In this document: piece by piece, positions 26,816 to 41,504 of the stretch
Position numbering within the stretch: the stretch's first letter is position 1
Layout of the letters: each line of letters opens with the position of its first letter
Assembly: GCA_964016885.1 (NCBI GenBank)
Contig: OZ024744.1
Coordinates: forward strand, 80,786,001 to 80,850,000
Origin: Eledone cirrhosa
Taxonomy: Eukaryota
Direction of reading: 5' to 3'
DNA: 64,000 nt
The notes under the pieces: model-generated
What the model was told of the DNA's origin: nothing
What the model saw: the letters and a program-made list of their open reading frames with translations, nothing else
The model's database searches: none
Position numbers and translations under genes: made by a program

Positions 26816-28789
26816 GAATTTTACCCGCCCTAGATAGATATAGCCTTATAGAGACCCTATAATACGCTTAATCATACACATCATAGGGTTCTTTTTCAGG
26901 CAATGTTTTTTTTTTAAAAACTGATGTCCTTCAAGGCACTAACTCTTTTAGTCACTTCATACAGCAAGCAACGATGTAGTGTACCTATTCTAAACTGGAT
27001 GTACACAGAAATGACAATATAATATCAACTAGGATACCATGTTATACATGTCATTTTTTAATGCCTTTCATCCATTTGACGGGGTCAATAAAGAACCATA
27101 CCAGGGTGCTGGATTGACAGAATTGTTCGAGCAGTGGATAAAATGCCATGCAGTATTTGTTCCAGCTCTTTATGTCCCGAGTTTAAATATTGCTGGGGCC
27201 TAATTGGGTGATATATTTAACCAGTTACCCAGTTTAACAACACCACCACTTAGCTCTTATGAGCTATGGCCTATTTGATATATTCTGGTATACTTAACCA
27301 GCTGCTCATGGCCCTTCTGATTTGTGGCCTAATTGGGTGGAATACTTAACCAGTTGCTCAGTTTAACACCACCACTTAGCCCTTCTGAGCTCACTCTGTT
27401 GCAAGCATTTTGGCCAGGTCTCTGGTTTGAGGACACTTCTCTCCCTCTCAACAGTCTCAGAAACTGTCTGAAAAAGTTCATTGACATTGCCCTTCCTTTC
27501 CTGACTCAACTGTAAAAAGTGGTGGCTAGCTTAGAAAGTCCACTTTTTACACCATTTTACACTCGCTTTATGTGTATGTACAACATTTAACCCTTTTGTT
27601 AAACCCTTTTGAAACGAAACCACCTGAAAAAAAACAAAAAAAAAACAATCACTCCTGGTTTTTTGATACATAACTATACATTTCACCAGCCAATTCTTGT
27701 TTTCTTATCACAGAAGATACAAGAGAAAAAGTCCAAATTTTAATTATTTAATATTTAAAAAAAAAAATACTATAGCATAATTAATTAGAGATAACTAGTC
27801 ACTGTATTTCTGATGGCAGGTGATAAGGGATTGCCTGTATAAGTCAAGTTAAACAAATACTACACATGGTACTTTTATCTGAAAGCACCAGTCGGGGGGG
27901 GGGGGGGGGGGCTTAATGCTATTTACGTCTTTTGATGGTTTATATATATAATTAGCCACTTATGTGTGTGAATATATATATATATATATATATACTCATT
28001 CACACATGTAGGTGACTAATTGGCAAAGTTATTAGAGCATTGAATTAAATACTTTGCAGTATTTTTCTTCTGGCTATATGTACTTTGAGTTAAAATTCCG
28101 TGAGATCAACTTTGCCTTTCATCTTTTCAAGGCCAAAAAAAACAAAAACAAAGCAACAGTTCAGAACTGAAATTGACCACTCTCTCCAACACTCCTTTTC
28201 TCAAGAAAGAATTGGCTATGTTCAAACCAGGAGGCATGGGGGTGTTGAGCTTTGTCAGGTTTAACCCTTTTAGCATTTAAACCAACCATATCCAGCCAGA
28301 ATTCTCTCACCTCTTTCTGTTCAAACTGGCTGTAACCGGCCACTCATACTGACATTAAGGTATTGTGCTCAAAATAAATAATAACATCGTCAAAATCTCA
28401 TAGATTCAATATTATGAGAGATAATTATGTGATATAAAGCCTTTACCATGAAAATATAATAGTATATATAGAGTAATGTAAATGCTAAAGGGTTAAAATA
28501 CCTAAGACACACACTGTATGTCATAACAGTATCCCTACAACTATAGGAGTTGAGAGTCCACAGATGTCCATTCATGGGCCATTGGTCAACCTAGGGTTTT
28601 GGAGAAGACACTTGCTCAAGGTGTCATGCCATAGAATCAAACCAAATACCACATGATTGTGATGAAAACTTCCAGCCCACACATCTATGACTACCCCTGA
28701 ACTCATACACAGCCACACTTAAACTAAATATCTAAACTAAATATTTATTATGTTGCTTGTTCAAGAAATAAATATCTGGAGTTTGTCTT

Positions 28790-29170
28790 TATCATTACAA
28801 TTATTATCATCATCATTACCACCATAATTATTGCTTTCATTATCATTATACTCATTATCACCACTACTTCCACCATCATTATCATCACCACTTCTACTAC
28901 TCTTATCACCACCACCTCCATTGTTTTCATCATCCTCACCACCACCACTACTCTTATCACCGCCACCTCCATTATTTTCATCATCCCCACCACCATCATC
29001 ATCATCATCACCACCAGCTTCACTACTCTTATCTCCACCACATCCACCATTCTCATCACCACCATCTTCTTCACTATCACCACCATCATCTTCAGCATCA
29101 CCACCATCATCACCGCCATCTTCCCCATCACCACAATCGTCACCATCACCACCATCTTCGCCATCACCAC
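28790..29170. repeat. Degenerate (CAY)n trinucleotide low-complexity tract
   Basis: cat/cac/cca triplets over ~380 bp with an internal 48-bp duplication; open in several frames. Confidence 0.9.
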
Positions 29171-29961
29171 CTGAATGAGCGCAACAGAGAAAAACTCTTT
29201 TAATGGCACTCAAGAGCCAGGTGGTGGCATTAAACAAGGCGGACAGACAGTTGCCATGGCATTAGTCTAACACGAGTTTCATCAAAACTCTATAATTTGA
29301 TTATTCTCAAACAGATAAAGACAGCTATTGACCCAAACTGAGATGCAACCAGAACAGGTTCTGTGAGAAGCAGGCAACAGACAAGCAGATTCTGATTATT
29401 TATATTATTTTTATTTATTTTTTGCAGAATAACAGAAGAGCTCAAGAACAAAAAAACTAATTACTGTTTGGTAATGAATCTTGAGTAATGACCAAAAGAA
29501 AATGATCGCGAATACAATCAGCCGAAATGGGATTCCTCCAAAGGGTCTTTGGAGTAATGTTACTTGATAAAGTGTGTAGACCGGAGTTCAGAAAGTCACT
29601 TTAGGTAGTAGAGCCACTACTTCTCCCAATTGAGAGATCACAGCTTCGATACTATGGGCATGTGGTTAGAATGTCTGAGGAAAGAATTGCTGGACAGATT
29701 GTTGGGGCAAAACAAACTGGCAAGAGACCCAGGGGTAGACCCTGAGTAAGATGATTGGAGCTTGGATAACATCCATGAGCTTGGCTGGTCTCACTTGGGG
29801 ATCCAGCCGGATCAGTTGGAAATGGTTGCTTCTGACAGGACCTGTTGGAAGGAGTGTTTAAGGGGGACTGTCCCAACAACCCGCTCAGAAATAAGCTGGC
29901 GAAGAAAAATATATTTATTGACTTCAAAAAAGTATTTTAGTCAATTCATTATTGAAAAATA

Positions 29962-30152
29962 ATTGTTTCTACTTTTTGGCACAAGGCCAGCAATTACCCA
30001 GTACATTACTGGTACTTTATTTTATCGACTCTGTAAGGATGAAAGGCAACGTTAACCTCGGCGGGATTTGAAATCAGAATGGCAAGGGCCGTAACTCTAT
30101 GCGTCAAAGCATGGCATCCGACTCTCTACCGATACTGCCAATTCACCGCCCT
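29962..30152 (-). mobile_element. tRNA-derived SINE with Deu/Nin-like central domain (~190 bp); about 18 copies, e.g. 5969-6095(-), 7297-7475, 9026-9218, 10408-10562, 10890-11020, 12730-12826, 14055-14275, 14290-14472, 26330-26500(-), 30703-30890, 31378-31530(-), 37245-37380, 50345-50562(-), 54055-54238
   Basis: A box tggcagtatcgg, B box gagttcaaatcc and a central gcctttcatccttacggggtcgataaaataaagtaccag resembling the Deu/Nin-domain motif. This copy has TSD tgaaaaataat; the 9026 copy has TSD atttaagaa. Confidence 0.85.
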
Positions 30153-31611
30153 TTTTGAAAAATAATCAAGATCTTAAAGGCATATGAAACTCTGCATTGT
30201 AACCTTGTAGACCACATACAACAATAGAAGAGTTGGTCCTCAGCAATATACTTGTTAGTCTAGAGCAGAATAGCTGGATTGGTGACACTGATCTAAACTT
30301 TACCAGTGATAACGCTGTGCTATTGAATAAAATCACAGATGCTCAAGCCTTCCTGTGAAGAGTAGAAACTGTATTTTGCTATTGAAGTTGACCACAAGCC
30401 ACTCATGTAGAGGGCCTTGCCTGAAAAGCAGTAATTAATATAAAGAATATCTGGATCTCCAGTTTCTCCAGACAAACCAAGAGAATCTTCATAGCAGCAA
30501 TAGAGACAATCCTACTCTAAAAGTGTGAAACTGTGACTTTCACTAGTTCCATGACCAAACTATTTGGTCATTGCTACACTTGGATGATCTAGATGACTTT
30601 CCGCATCAACTGTATATAAAAACTGACCAATGAGCAACTGTATGGTGACAACCCCTCCTCCAATTGACCAACAAATCAGCTGCAGCTAACCAAGCATTAT
30701 TTGATGGATTGGCAGTATCGGTGGAGGGTCAGATGCCATGCTTTGCAGCATAGTTACGGCCCTTTACGGTCTGAGTTCAAATTCCGCCGAGATTAACTTA
30801 GCCATTCATCCTTACGGGGTCGATAAAATAAAGTACCAGTAATGTACTGGGGTAATTGCTGGCCTTGTGCCAAAAGTAGAAAAAATTATTTATTGCTTTC
30901 TGAGATACTCAGAGTTGTCCATCAGCTAAGTTATTTATCTAGGAAACCAGCTTGAGGGAGGATGAATAGAAGGAATGCTTCCAAAACCAAGACTCTATTG
31001 GAGGTCAGTAGTGTTGTGACTGCTGATAATAAAACTGGACATTTGTTGCAACTGTCAACATACCTGATGTTCTTGATAGACAATTATGATTATGATGTCA
31101 AAGAACTTTACTTATTGCATTTTAGATATCTGTAGCTAATTTATGTTGGAAGATTTAAACTTAAATAGGAACCCGTTAAAATAGGTGGTTATGTTTCATA
31201 GAACCAGAGCCTGTTTTGGTTTAGTTAGTATCAAAAGGGTTAAGTGTCCGCTTATAATTTACTGGATTAAATAAAATGTTGGGTCATCGGTTGGAGAAAA
31301 ATCGATGGTGTACCTCTATAAACACTGAAGAGTTTATACAGATACATCATGAAACAAAAAAGCAACATTATGATATGTAATGGTTTTTGATTCAGGCACA
31401 AGGCCAACAATTTTTGGGGAGGGGAAAGTCGATTAAATCGACCCCTAAGCAAAGCTGACCTCAGACCGTAACTTTATGCTGCAAAACTTGGTGTCTGATG
31501 CTCTACCGATTTTGCAAGTCCGCCAACCTAACACTATGATATATAATATTAACACTTTTGATACAAAAATGACTGAAACCCTGATTCTTGGACACAAACT
31601 GTTTGTTTTAA

Positions 31612-31845
31612 CCCTTTTGATACCAATCTGCCCCAAATCGCCTCAGGTTCTATGAAACCAAACCATCCATTTTAAAGGGAGATCCCAATTTAAATTAAAA
31701 CCATCTACCCTAGTTTCATATAGAGACCTTTTTTAAAGTTACAAGCACCATCTTAATACTGAAATAATTAATAATTAAATTATTCCAAAGTCTTCATTAA
31801 TTAATTGAAATACAGATTATTTCATTAGAAATATGGTCAGAAGGG
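31612..31845 (+). mobile_element. Second TTAA MITE family; partial copies near 3170-3338, 6343-6560, 31130-31239, 37813-37880, 55265-55465
   Basis: ttaaCCCTTTTGATACCA...TGGTCAGAAGGGttaa termini and a shared ggttctatgaaac internal motif. Confidence 0.75.
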
Positions 31846-34031
31846 TTAACTACACATATTTTTCTAATGAAAGTCTTAGTGAATGATGGGTAACCCTTTC
31901 ATTATCATATTTCTAATGAAAGAAAAAAATGTTGCCTATAATTTTCTAATAATTTTGCAAATAATCAAGAATTTGAAGTGATTTAGTAATATATAACTTT
32001 CTTATTAAGATACTGTTTGTTGAATAACTTGATGAAAGTTTTAACAAAATTTTGCTAGCAGGGAAAACAAACATTAAACGATGATGACGGTGATGAAGAT
32101 GATGATGGTGGGGATGGTGATGAACCACACTTTAAAAGAAACAATTTTGTATCATAGAATCAAGGGCAGTTTCAAGCAGTTTTGTATCAAAACAGTTAAT
32201 TTGTTTTATAATACTTATTTTCACAGTTGCATAAATATATTTTTAGCATTATTTACTACATAACTTCTTTTATAATACTGCAAACTCCGCCAATCCTTAT
32301 TACCTTCACATGAAAACATGAAAAACAATGTTTCCTTGCTTTTCAGTGAATACATAAAACTATTTATCAACAGAATCTCTCTTACAGTTCAACTTTGTCC
32401 AACATAGTTTATTGATAAAATCCTCCTCTTGTAAACAAATTTAGAAATTGCACCATACTTGACATTTATAAGTAGCATGCTCTCATCTGTAAATTCTGTT
32501 TGTTAGAGATTATAACCTACACAAGACACACCTATAACCTTCCAATTGTCTGGTTTCCTCAAATATTTCTAGAGAAACCAGTTTTTAAGCTGAACTAAAT
32601 AAATAATTTATTACAAGTTTTTCGTTACCCATTAACCTTATTTTATAAAAGACACATTTTCCACAAATGTTTAAATTGCATTAATTTCTAATTATATAAA
32701 ACAACTAGACTGTGACCCGTCATATGATGAGTAAACTTTTGCTATTAATGGACGACACCAGGAAATGCTATATAGGCTGCATAGGTAAATTAATTATAGT
32801 ACTTACAAAAAATAACGAAATAAATTCTTGATTTGAGAATAAAAATAGTTATTAACTTAAAATAAGATTAAATAAAACAAAATTCTTATTTGTTTGTTTG
32901 CAATTAATATATGTTACTTACAAAAATAATACTGTGATGCTTTGATTAATGGAGGTAGAGAAATTTTACAAAAAAAATATTTAAAAAATTTCCAGTTGAG
33001 CTATATTTAATATAAGTTAAATATTCAAAGCATCCATCATCATCATGAACATCACCACCACCATTTAACATCTATTTCTTATGCTTGCATGGATTAGACA
33101 GGCTGTCATGTTATGAGACCAGACTTGACTTGGTTTTCTACAGCTTGGATACCCTTCCTAACACCAACCACCTGACAGTTGACTGGGTGCTTTTTGTCAT
33201 GGCACCAGTAAGATCTCTTTATGAGGTATACTGACTACATTTTTCGTGGCACCAGCATTGCCACCTTACAGGGTGAACTGGTTGCTTATTGTTGTGGCAC
33301 CAGTATGACCACCTCACATAATGGACTGGGGGTTTGCACCAGTATTACATAATATAAATAACAAATTTATGAAAAATTAAAAATATATAAATAATGTTAT
33401 AATACACATTTGGCTGCATTTGGCTAAAATGATTCATAACATTACTCATGTTCTACATATTATAGTTTTAACCCTTTAGCATTTACATTACTCTATCTTT
33501 ACTACTGTATTTTCACGGTAAACATTATCTCACATAATATGGAATCTACAAGATTTTCATATTTATTTTGAGAACAATACCTTAACATCAGTATGAGTGG
33601 CTAGTTACAGCCAGTTTGAACAGAAAGATGTGAGAGAATTCTGGCTGGATACGGCTGGTTTAAATGCTAAAGGGTTAAAGAAACAGTGATTTGGAAAAAA
33701 AGAAAAGAAATTGGAAATTGAAATATATATTCCTTATATTTATTCCATTTGTCCATGAAAACAATTTGTGCAGATGCTATAAGCATTCACTCTTAAGTTC
33801 TTTCCAACAAAAAAAATCAGCGGAGTCAGTTGACGAACAGAATTCTGTGTTTTTTAATATTGTTTGCCAAGTTGTTTTCACCTGTTTCAGTACTGTATCA
33901 TTTTCCAGGTGATTCTCTTTTGTTTGTGTTTTGTCCTATTGTTCATGATGTCATTACCTTTGATTCATCACATATGCCAATGCTACACGGTACTCTCTCA
34001 ACTCAGTCTTTTGGCATACTCTACATGTGTC

Positions 34032-34065
<34 letters not shown>

Positions 34066-34230
34066 TATGTGTGTGTGTGTTTGCATGTGTGTGTATGTAT
34101 ATATGTATGTACATGCATGTATGAATATGTGATTAAAATACCATATTCAAACATTAACTAAATGAACATTCGATAACAGTGGGTAGAATGTAGAAATGTA
34201 TTTTCTAATTAGAAAAGTGCCACTATATCC

Positions 34231-34267
<37 letters not shown>

Positions 34268-34398
34268 CACACATCAATGATACATAAATCAAAGGCAGAA
34301 AAAATAAGTCACACCCATGAAATGCACTCCATCTGTATACACTTAACAGCACCTATGACACACCTGGACTAGTTTTCCCCCCTCCCCAGCCATCTTAA

Positions 34399-34455
<57 letters not shown>

Positions 34456-34587
34456 TCATATATATATAAAGAAGGACTTATGTGCGATACGTTGAAACTC
34501 ATTTACTTCTTCCCAATTGTGAATCTAATACAACATTGTTTTGTATCTCTGTGTTTGTCTTGTTTATTCTTGGTCTCTATATATAAA

Positions 34588-34783
34588 AGGGTAAAGACCC
34601 TCTTTGGTCATGAATGACCATGGGATTTTGCATCTAGAAAGTTCCCCTCCGAGGCAAGTCTGGGCAAGGTGTGTTTGTGGAAGATCAGCAGTCACCCATG
34701 CATACCAGTCTCCCGTCTCCATGCCACTAATGTTGTCCAAGAGAAAGGCAATGGCCGATACAGCTTGGTACCAGCGACGTCAC
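34588..34783 (-). mobile_element. 3' body of another SINE family
   Basis: GC-richer 195-bp insert between microsatellites ending cccatggtcattcatgaccaaagagggtctttaccc, resembling octopus SINE tails as I recall them. Confidence 0.5.
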
Positions 34784-34784
34784 A

Positions 34785-34844
<60 letters not shown>

Positions 34845-34848
<4 letters not shown>

Positions 34849-36221
34849 CAATTTCTGTCTGTCTGTGTATGTGTAATCTGTGTATAACCAGTTGGCGCCT
34901 ACACCAATGATGTGATCCTGATGAAACTTGACACATGTTAAACTAATATTCAGAAACATGTCAGGCTAATTGGATTTCAATAAAAATCAATAATGGAACC
35001 CCTGGGGACATCTTTACAATGGAGGAGGAAAGAGAAGACATTTCAGTGAGAGAGGGGGAAGAGGAGATACTACTACTGTATGTTAAACCCTCCTCCCACA
35101 ACAAGGCAACAACTTATTAGAAATATACATAAAGAAATTTCAAACAAAGTAGATGACCGATGGGTGAAGAAGTGCTAGGAAGTCCCAGTGGAGGGAAGAC
35201 GCAGTAGAGGTAGACCACGAAAAACATGGGCCGAGGTGGTGAGAGCAGACCTCAGATCGCTGAAACTCACCGAGCAGATGACGAAGGACCGTGACAAGTG
35301 GAGAGATGCTGTGCTGAATAGGACCCATCCAACCCTTGTGAGCAGGGAAAAGCGGATGTAAAATGATGATAATGATGATATATATATATATATATCACAT
35401 CCACTGATATGGATTCTGATCACTTGCATATGCTTAGGTCACATTAATAAGTTACAAAAAAGTGTGATGATCAATGATCTGGAAGTTGGCTTACCATGAG
35501 ATTAGTCCAAAGAATAAAACCCAAATCGTATGTTGACGAATATTCATACTCCCGGCATGTTAATTGTAACATGCCATCTTTGAGAGTAGAGTTTATTTTG
35601 TCGATATTTCGAGGTGTCGGATCATGGGAAGATTAACACGAATTAAGAGATGTAACTTCTCCCCCGTTATTGACACTTTGCAACAGCGAATGTTGCAAGG
35701 CCCTCTTTAGGGTCAACACTTCGGATTGTTTATCCAACTTATTATGGTGTGTTTTCTCGGGTTATGTCTACTATAAGGGAAAAACGGGATGGTTTTATTG
35801 AATTGCTTCAGTCATTTGAAGGGCTTTACAAACAGTGATGCACAGGGTGCTTGAACAGTACCTAAATATGTTCACTCGATTATAATTGCTTCAATAATTA
35901 CGATGACTTTCTCAATTGTTCTGTGCTTGTTCTTGAGTGCTAAACAGTAAGTTTGCTATTCTTATACATAAGTTTGATACTCTTTGAGCTCAAACTTCCC
36001 CGGCTTATTCACTCTGAATGAAGAAAGCTGGATGGAAGGACTTATGACTTAAACAGCTATTGATAGTTCCACACAAAAAATTGATCTGCCATAAACACAC
36101 CTAGCAAAGGTTGCTATTGAAAATCCAGTATGGGCACCCAGTGTCACTAGCTTTTTCAGGCGCACTCTGGGAACTGTGAATAACCCCACCTTTCCAGAGT
36201 ATTACCGGGTACTACAGATAG
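34845..36221 (+). mobile_element. Older related Helitron containing an RTE 3' fragment
   Basis: 5' gcaatttctgtctgt...gatgaaacttgacacatg and 3' ccagagtattaccgggtactacagatag|t resemble both ends of the 38050-38843 element. Confidence 0.55.
35148..35378 (+). mobile_element. RTE family C 3' fragment
   Basis: Translates WVKKC...GRRSRGRPRKTW...DRDKWRDAVLNRTHPTL, then the tail; homologous to 38845-39030. Confidence 0.85.
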
Positions 36222-36238
36222 TATATATATATATATAT

Positions 36239-37150
36239 ATTTATTAAAATAACAGATTAAAGTTTAATCAAAGAATCGCTGCTTTTACCCTTAACGGGAT
36301 CTTCTGAAACTAAAAAAAAATCAATGTATGAACACAGAAGTAAATATTTCGAAAAACGTTGCAACCGAAGGAAAACAGGAAGACGATACTTCACGTTCGT
36401 GAAGACATTCCTTGGCAATGAACGGAAAAAAGCGAAGATAATACGTCATTATGTGGAGCGTGAGAACAATTACACGCAAAGACAAAACCACATTTATGGT
36501 ATAAATGAAGTCGTAGACTAATATTCTATTTAGGAAACCAAATGATTCTGGCTTCAGAGTTAAGAATAATGTTAAAAATTAGTAGAACGAAAATGGCAGA
36601 CATTATTGAAATCAACAGTAATTAAATATTTACATACACACATCCACGCATATAATACATATAATTATATAAACGTATATAAATATACACACATAAATAC
36701 GTATATAACGCACGCACACGCATACCTACAGGTAAATACACATATGTTCACTAAATGTACGTCAACCAAAACACAAAGTACATGTATACACACCTTACAT
36801 ACGTGCAAAATTGCATAAAACTTTCCTGTATTACAGCCCCACATTATACCCTAACGGATAGTATGAACAATACGCGGATAATTTACGTCTTGATGTGGTA
36901 GCTAAGTATATTTTATGTTTATACCATTACTTATTTGTATAGGTAAGTATACCTTACCCGTATGTTTTGTGAAGGTATGTATACTTTCTCGTACATATAT
37001 TTGCTTGTATTTGTTAAAGGTGTATATATATTATATTATATATGCCGGTACTTGTGTTTATGGTTATGTTTATGTGTGTATTTTGTGTTTGAGTGTATGC
37101 GTGGTTGCAGTGATTCTTTGCTTAAACTTTAATCTGTTATTTTAATAAAT
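36239..37150. repeat. ~910-bp segment bounded by 44-bp inverted repeats
   Basis: atttattaaaataacagattaaagtttaatcaaagaatcgctgc at 36239-36282 and its reverse complement (2 mismatches) at 37107-37150. Confidence 0.7.
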
Positions 37151-38049
37151 ATATGCTCTAGGGTTCTTACATATTTGATATATATTTATCCTTATCGAGC
37201 CCTCTTTGGATTTTAGTCTTCAAATTTATTAATATTATTACTATTTGGATTGGCAGTATAGTTATGGCCCTTTATGATCTGAATTCAAATCCCGCCGAGG
37301 TTAACTTTGCCTTTCATCCTTACGGGGTTGATAAAATAAAGTACCAGTAATGTACTGGGATAATTGCTGGCCTTGTGCCAAGGGAGATGAGCAGAGATTA
37401 CATGCTGCAAATCATCCCATAACTTAGATACTGATGAAATAAGTACCAGACTTGATAAAATAAGTACTGGGGGTTGATATGATCAACTAAATCCCTTTAA
37501 GATAGTGAGACCCAGGATGGCCTACAGTCTAATGACTAAAACAAGTAAAAGAATAATAGATATTAACTCATGATTATAATGGTCTGTTAAGCAAAAACAA
37601 TCAAACTAATGAAACTCTTCCCAATAATCTCTGCTACCTAATAGTAATTCACAGCACATTCCTAACCTATTTTTATTCTTTACACAAAACCGAGAATTGG
37701 ATGCATTAAAAAACAATCTTTTAAATCCAGTCTAAAGAACATTATGAACTTAATTTTCCTTCACATCACCCATTTGAACTAAGTGCACATCTATTATTTA
37801 TGTGTATATTAACTCTTTCGGTACCAAACCACTTGAAACCACCTTTAATTCTATGAGTTAAATAAGCTTATTTTAAAGGGTATCATCATCATCGTTTTAC
37901 GTCCATTTTTCCATGCTAGCATGGGTTAGACGAGTTGTCCTGTTGTGGGCAATGTCAGGTCAGGTGACCATGTCTTGCTCATACAGAACTGATTTTGTCT
38001 CGGTTTCTACAGCTGGATGAGAATTATAGTTAAATAAATATATTTTCCA

Positions 38050-38843
38050 CTAGCTAAAGTACCCGGTAACACCCAGGAGCAGGGGTATTCCCAGTTCCCA
38101 TTAAAATGCCCAATGCCTCTCAGACCAAAAATGAAATCAAAATATAGGACAGATAATCAAAAGCGAAGACAAATTCATTTACGAAACAATAATACAAACA
38201 AATATTGTTGATTGCATTGGTCAGGCGAAAAAATGTTTGTCAGAGAAGTTGAGTGTTGCTATAAGGAAAAAAATAGAATTAGGGGGTTTCATTGCTGAAA
38301 TTTTGTGAATAGTCATTTACCTATGGTTTAAATTTCATATAAATCGAAGGGAAAACATTTTCAGCAGCACTTTTCAGTGGGGGTTTTGTGCCCCAGGGAA
38401 CCCTTTGATTAAAATGAAATATACTTATCCAAGTACCCTGGGCAATGTAGTTTCAGAATATATATGGTTATGGGGGTCTATCTCCAAAACCATAGGAGTT
38501 CGTGAAATCTTGTTCCATTTATTGGCCAAAATTTTCACTATAGAGGGTTTAACCCCCATTAGGGTGTCTTAATATTATTGAAATTTGCTGAAATGTTGGG
38601 AATAGGCATCATATCTTGCCATTTACATATGGTTTAAATTTCATATAAATTGAAGGGAAAAAATTTTCAGCAGGGTGTTTGAGCTCCCGGGCAACCCTTT
38701 GATTAGAATGAAATATATGTAAGAAATCAAATGGGCACGAGCCCCACTCACATGTCAAGTTTCATCAAGATCGGTTTGGTAGTTTTTGAGTTTTAGGTTC
38801 ACTAACAAACAAACAGACAGAAATTGCCATTTATGTATATAGA
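38050..38843 (-). mobile_element. Non-autonomous Helitron
   Basis: The minus strand starts A|TCTATATACATAAATGGC and ends cctgggtgttaccggg (hairpin) ...CTAG|T with no TSD. It contains internal ~300-bp direct subrepeats. Confidence 0.8.
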
Positions 38844-41185
38844 TCATCATCATCATCATCATAATCATTTTACATCCGCTTTTCCCTGCTTGCAAGGGTG
38901 GGACGGATCCTATTCAGCACAACATCTATTCATTTGTCACGGTCCTTCGTCATCTCCACCGTGAGCTTGCTCTACTATGTCTTCCTTCAACTGGCATTTC
39001 TTGGTATTTCTTTACCCAGCAGTCATCCTCCATGCGCATCACATGTCCATACCATCGCAGTCTCCTCTCCCGCACACTACAACTTATCCCTCTTATACCC
39101 AGTTTCTCTCTCAACACATCCATGCTCGGCCGTTCACGCACATTGACATTGCACATCCAACAGAGCATGCTTACCTCATTTCTCTCCAGCCGTCGCATAT
39201 CCACTGCAGTTGCTGCCCATGTCTCACTACCATGCAGCATCGCACACCTCACACGGGCATCATATAACCGGCCTTTTGTACGCAGGGAGAAACACTTCTT
39301 TGTCAGCAGAGGAAGCAGCTCCCTAAACTTCTTCCAACCCGTCTATATTCTAGATACAATGGCCTCAGAACACCCCCCTCCTATGCTAATCTGGTCACCT
39401 AGGTACCAGAAGTTATCAACCACTTCTATAATACCCACCAGCATTTGAAAAATGTGTCTATCAATGTGACTTCTACTGTCAAATTTCCCTGTACATCTAC
39501 TGCATATGTATTTCTCCCTACCTGTTAGTTTGCCTGCTATCCGACTACATCTCTTGTGTACACAAGATCTGCATTATGTACATTTTATAGAATTTATGCC
39601 AGTTCCTTTTCTGCATATCGAGCATGGCCATTTCCCTGATGGAATCAGAGTTTTGTCCCTTTTCTGCACATCAACACTTTTGTCTTAGCTAGGTTCACTC
39701 TCAGTCCTCTTGATTCCAACTGCTGTTTCCATAGCCAGAATTTATTCTCCAGTTACTCTGCTATAAGAACCAGATCGTCAGCACAGAAGTTCCCATGGAA
39801 CTCCTCTGTTATGGCTTGGAGGACTATAATGAACAAGAGCGGACTGGCGACCGAACCCTGATGTACTCCTACTTGTATCTGGAATTCCTCACTAAACTCC
39901 ATTCCTACCCTCACTTTACTGACAGCACCTCTGTACAAAGCTTGCACTGTCTTCATAAGCCATTCCTCAACGCCTAGCTTCCTTAGGGACTAGCAGATGA
40001 CAGATCGGAGTACCCTATCAAAGACCTTCTCTAGGTCAACAAAAGCTAAGTATAGTGGCTTATTCTTCTCTAAGAACCTCTCTTGTAATTGTCTCACTAA
40101 AAAGAGGACATCCGTTGTACTTTTCCCAGGCACAAAACCAAACTGCATCTCATCTAGTTTGACCCTTTCTCTAATTAGTGGCGCTAATATCCTTTCTGCC
40201 ACTTTCATAACCTGATCTATCAGTTTTATACCCCTATAATTGCTCCTCTCCAGAGCATCCCCTTTACCTTTGTAGCAATTTATGAGAATACTGCTGCACC
40301 AGTCTTTGGGTATGACACCACCATATATAGCCTGATTGATGATGCGTGCAACCAGTTTAGTGCGTACATCCCCTGATGCCTTCAGCATCTCAGCAACTAT
40401 TCCTGATGGTCCAGCAGCCTTACCATTTTTCATTTCCTTAATCGCCTCTTGGACCCTATATTCATCAATCTCAATAGCTGGTCCCTCTGTCGGATCTACT
40501 GGGGGTAATTTCTCTCTCTCCCATTCGTTCTTCACACTCATCAGTCCCTCATAATGACATTTCCTCCTTTTTCTGATTATTCGTGACACTAAGTACACTG
40601 GCATCATTCCGGACCCATTTATCTCCAACAACATCCTGATTTGTACTGACACACTGCCTTGCAATGCGTAACACTGCATATTTCTGATCTTCCCATCGCA
40701 GAACATTGGCAAACCTCCTACTCTCAGCCTCCCTGCGTGCTAAGTACACCTGATGTCTAGCTTCTCTCTTAGCGGCTGTATATCCTTCTCTACTCCCACC
40801 ATTTTTCCAAGAATTCCATGCTAGTCTTTTGTCTCTAATGGCCTTATCTACTTTGTTGTTCCACCACCAGGTCACTCTCTGTCTGGTTGGAGCTCTGCTC
40901 CAGCCACAAGTTTCTTCAATAGCCTGCAGTAAGTTGTCACGTAAGAAATTCCAGTTATCATCTATGTCATAGGACTCTAAATCGTCTTCTTTTTTGTCAC
41001 ACACATCTTGAAGGGCTTTTCTAAATTTGTATTTTAGTGAAAGGTCTTTTAACTTCCAGACCTTTCTTCTCCACACCTTCCTGAATGTCTCATTCCGTCT
41101 CTTGCTTACTTACTGCGTTATCACTAATGACTAACCTATGCTGTGGGGTACATTCTTACTCGGAGTATGCTTTGGTATTTGACAC
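38844..41185 (-). mobile_element. RTE LINE family C, older, multiple frameshifts, with no long 3'UTR
   Basis: ORF pieces 40549-41076, 39990-40712, 39753-39956 and 38950-39252 are homologous to families A/B (WWWN, NYRGIKL, CADD, decayed PHD). It ends cccttgcaagcagggaaaagcggatgtaaaa(TGA)n. Confidence 0.92.
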
Positions 41186-41504
41186 ATATATACATATATA
41201 GGTATATATATATATATATATAATTGTTTTGCAAGGTTGTTGATATGAAATCGTGTGTCGAAACAAATATTGCTATACTTGGGGAGAGTCATATTGTAAT
41301 AATATTGCCATTTGTCATTTGGCCATCAATGTTTATCAGTCTGTGATAAACATTGATGACCAAATGAATTAACTATGGAGATATAAAAGATACAGAAGCG
41401 AAAACCAACCAAACAATGAGTGTGTTCTGTTATTATTTCTGGCAATATTATTACAACAATATGCCCCTCCCCAAGTATAACAATATATATATACATATAT
41501 ACAT

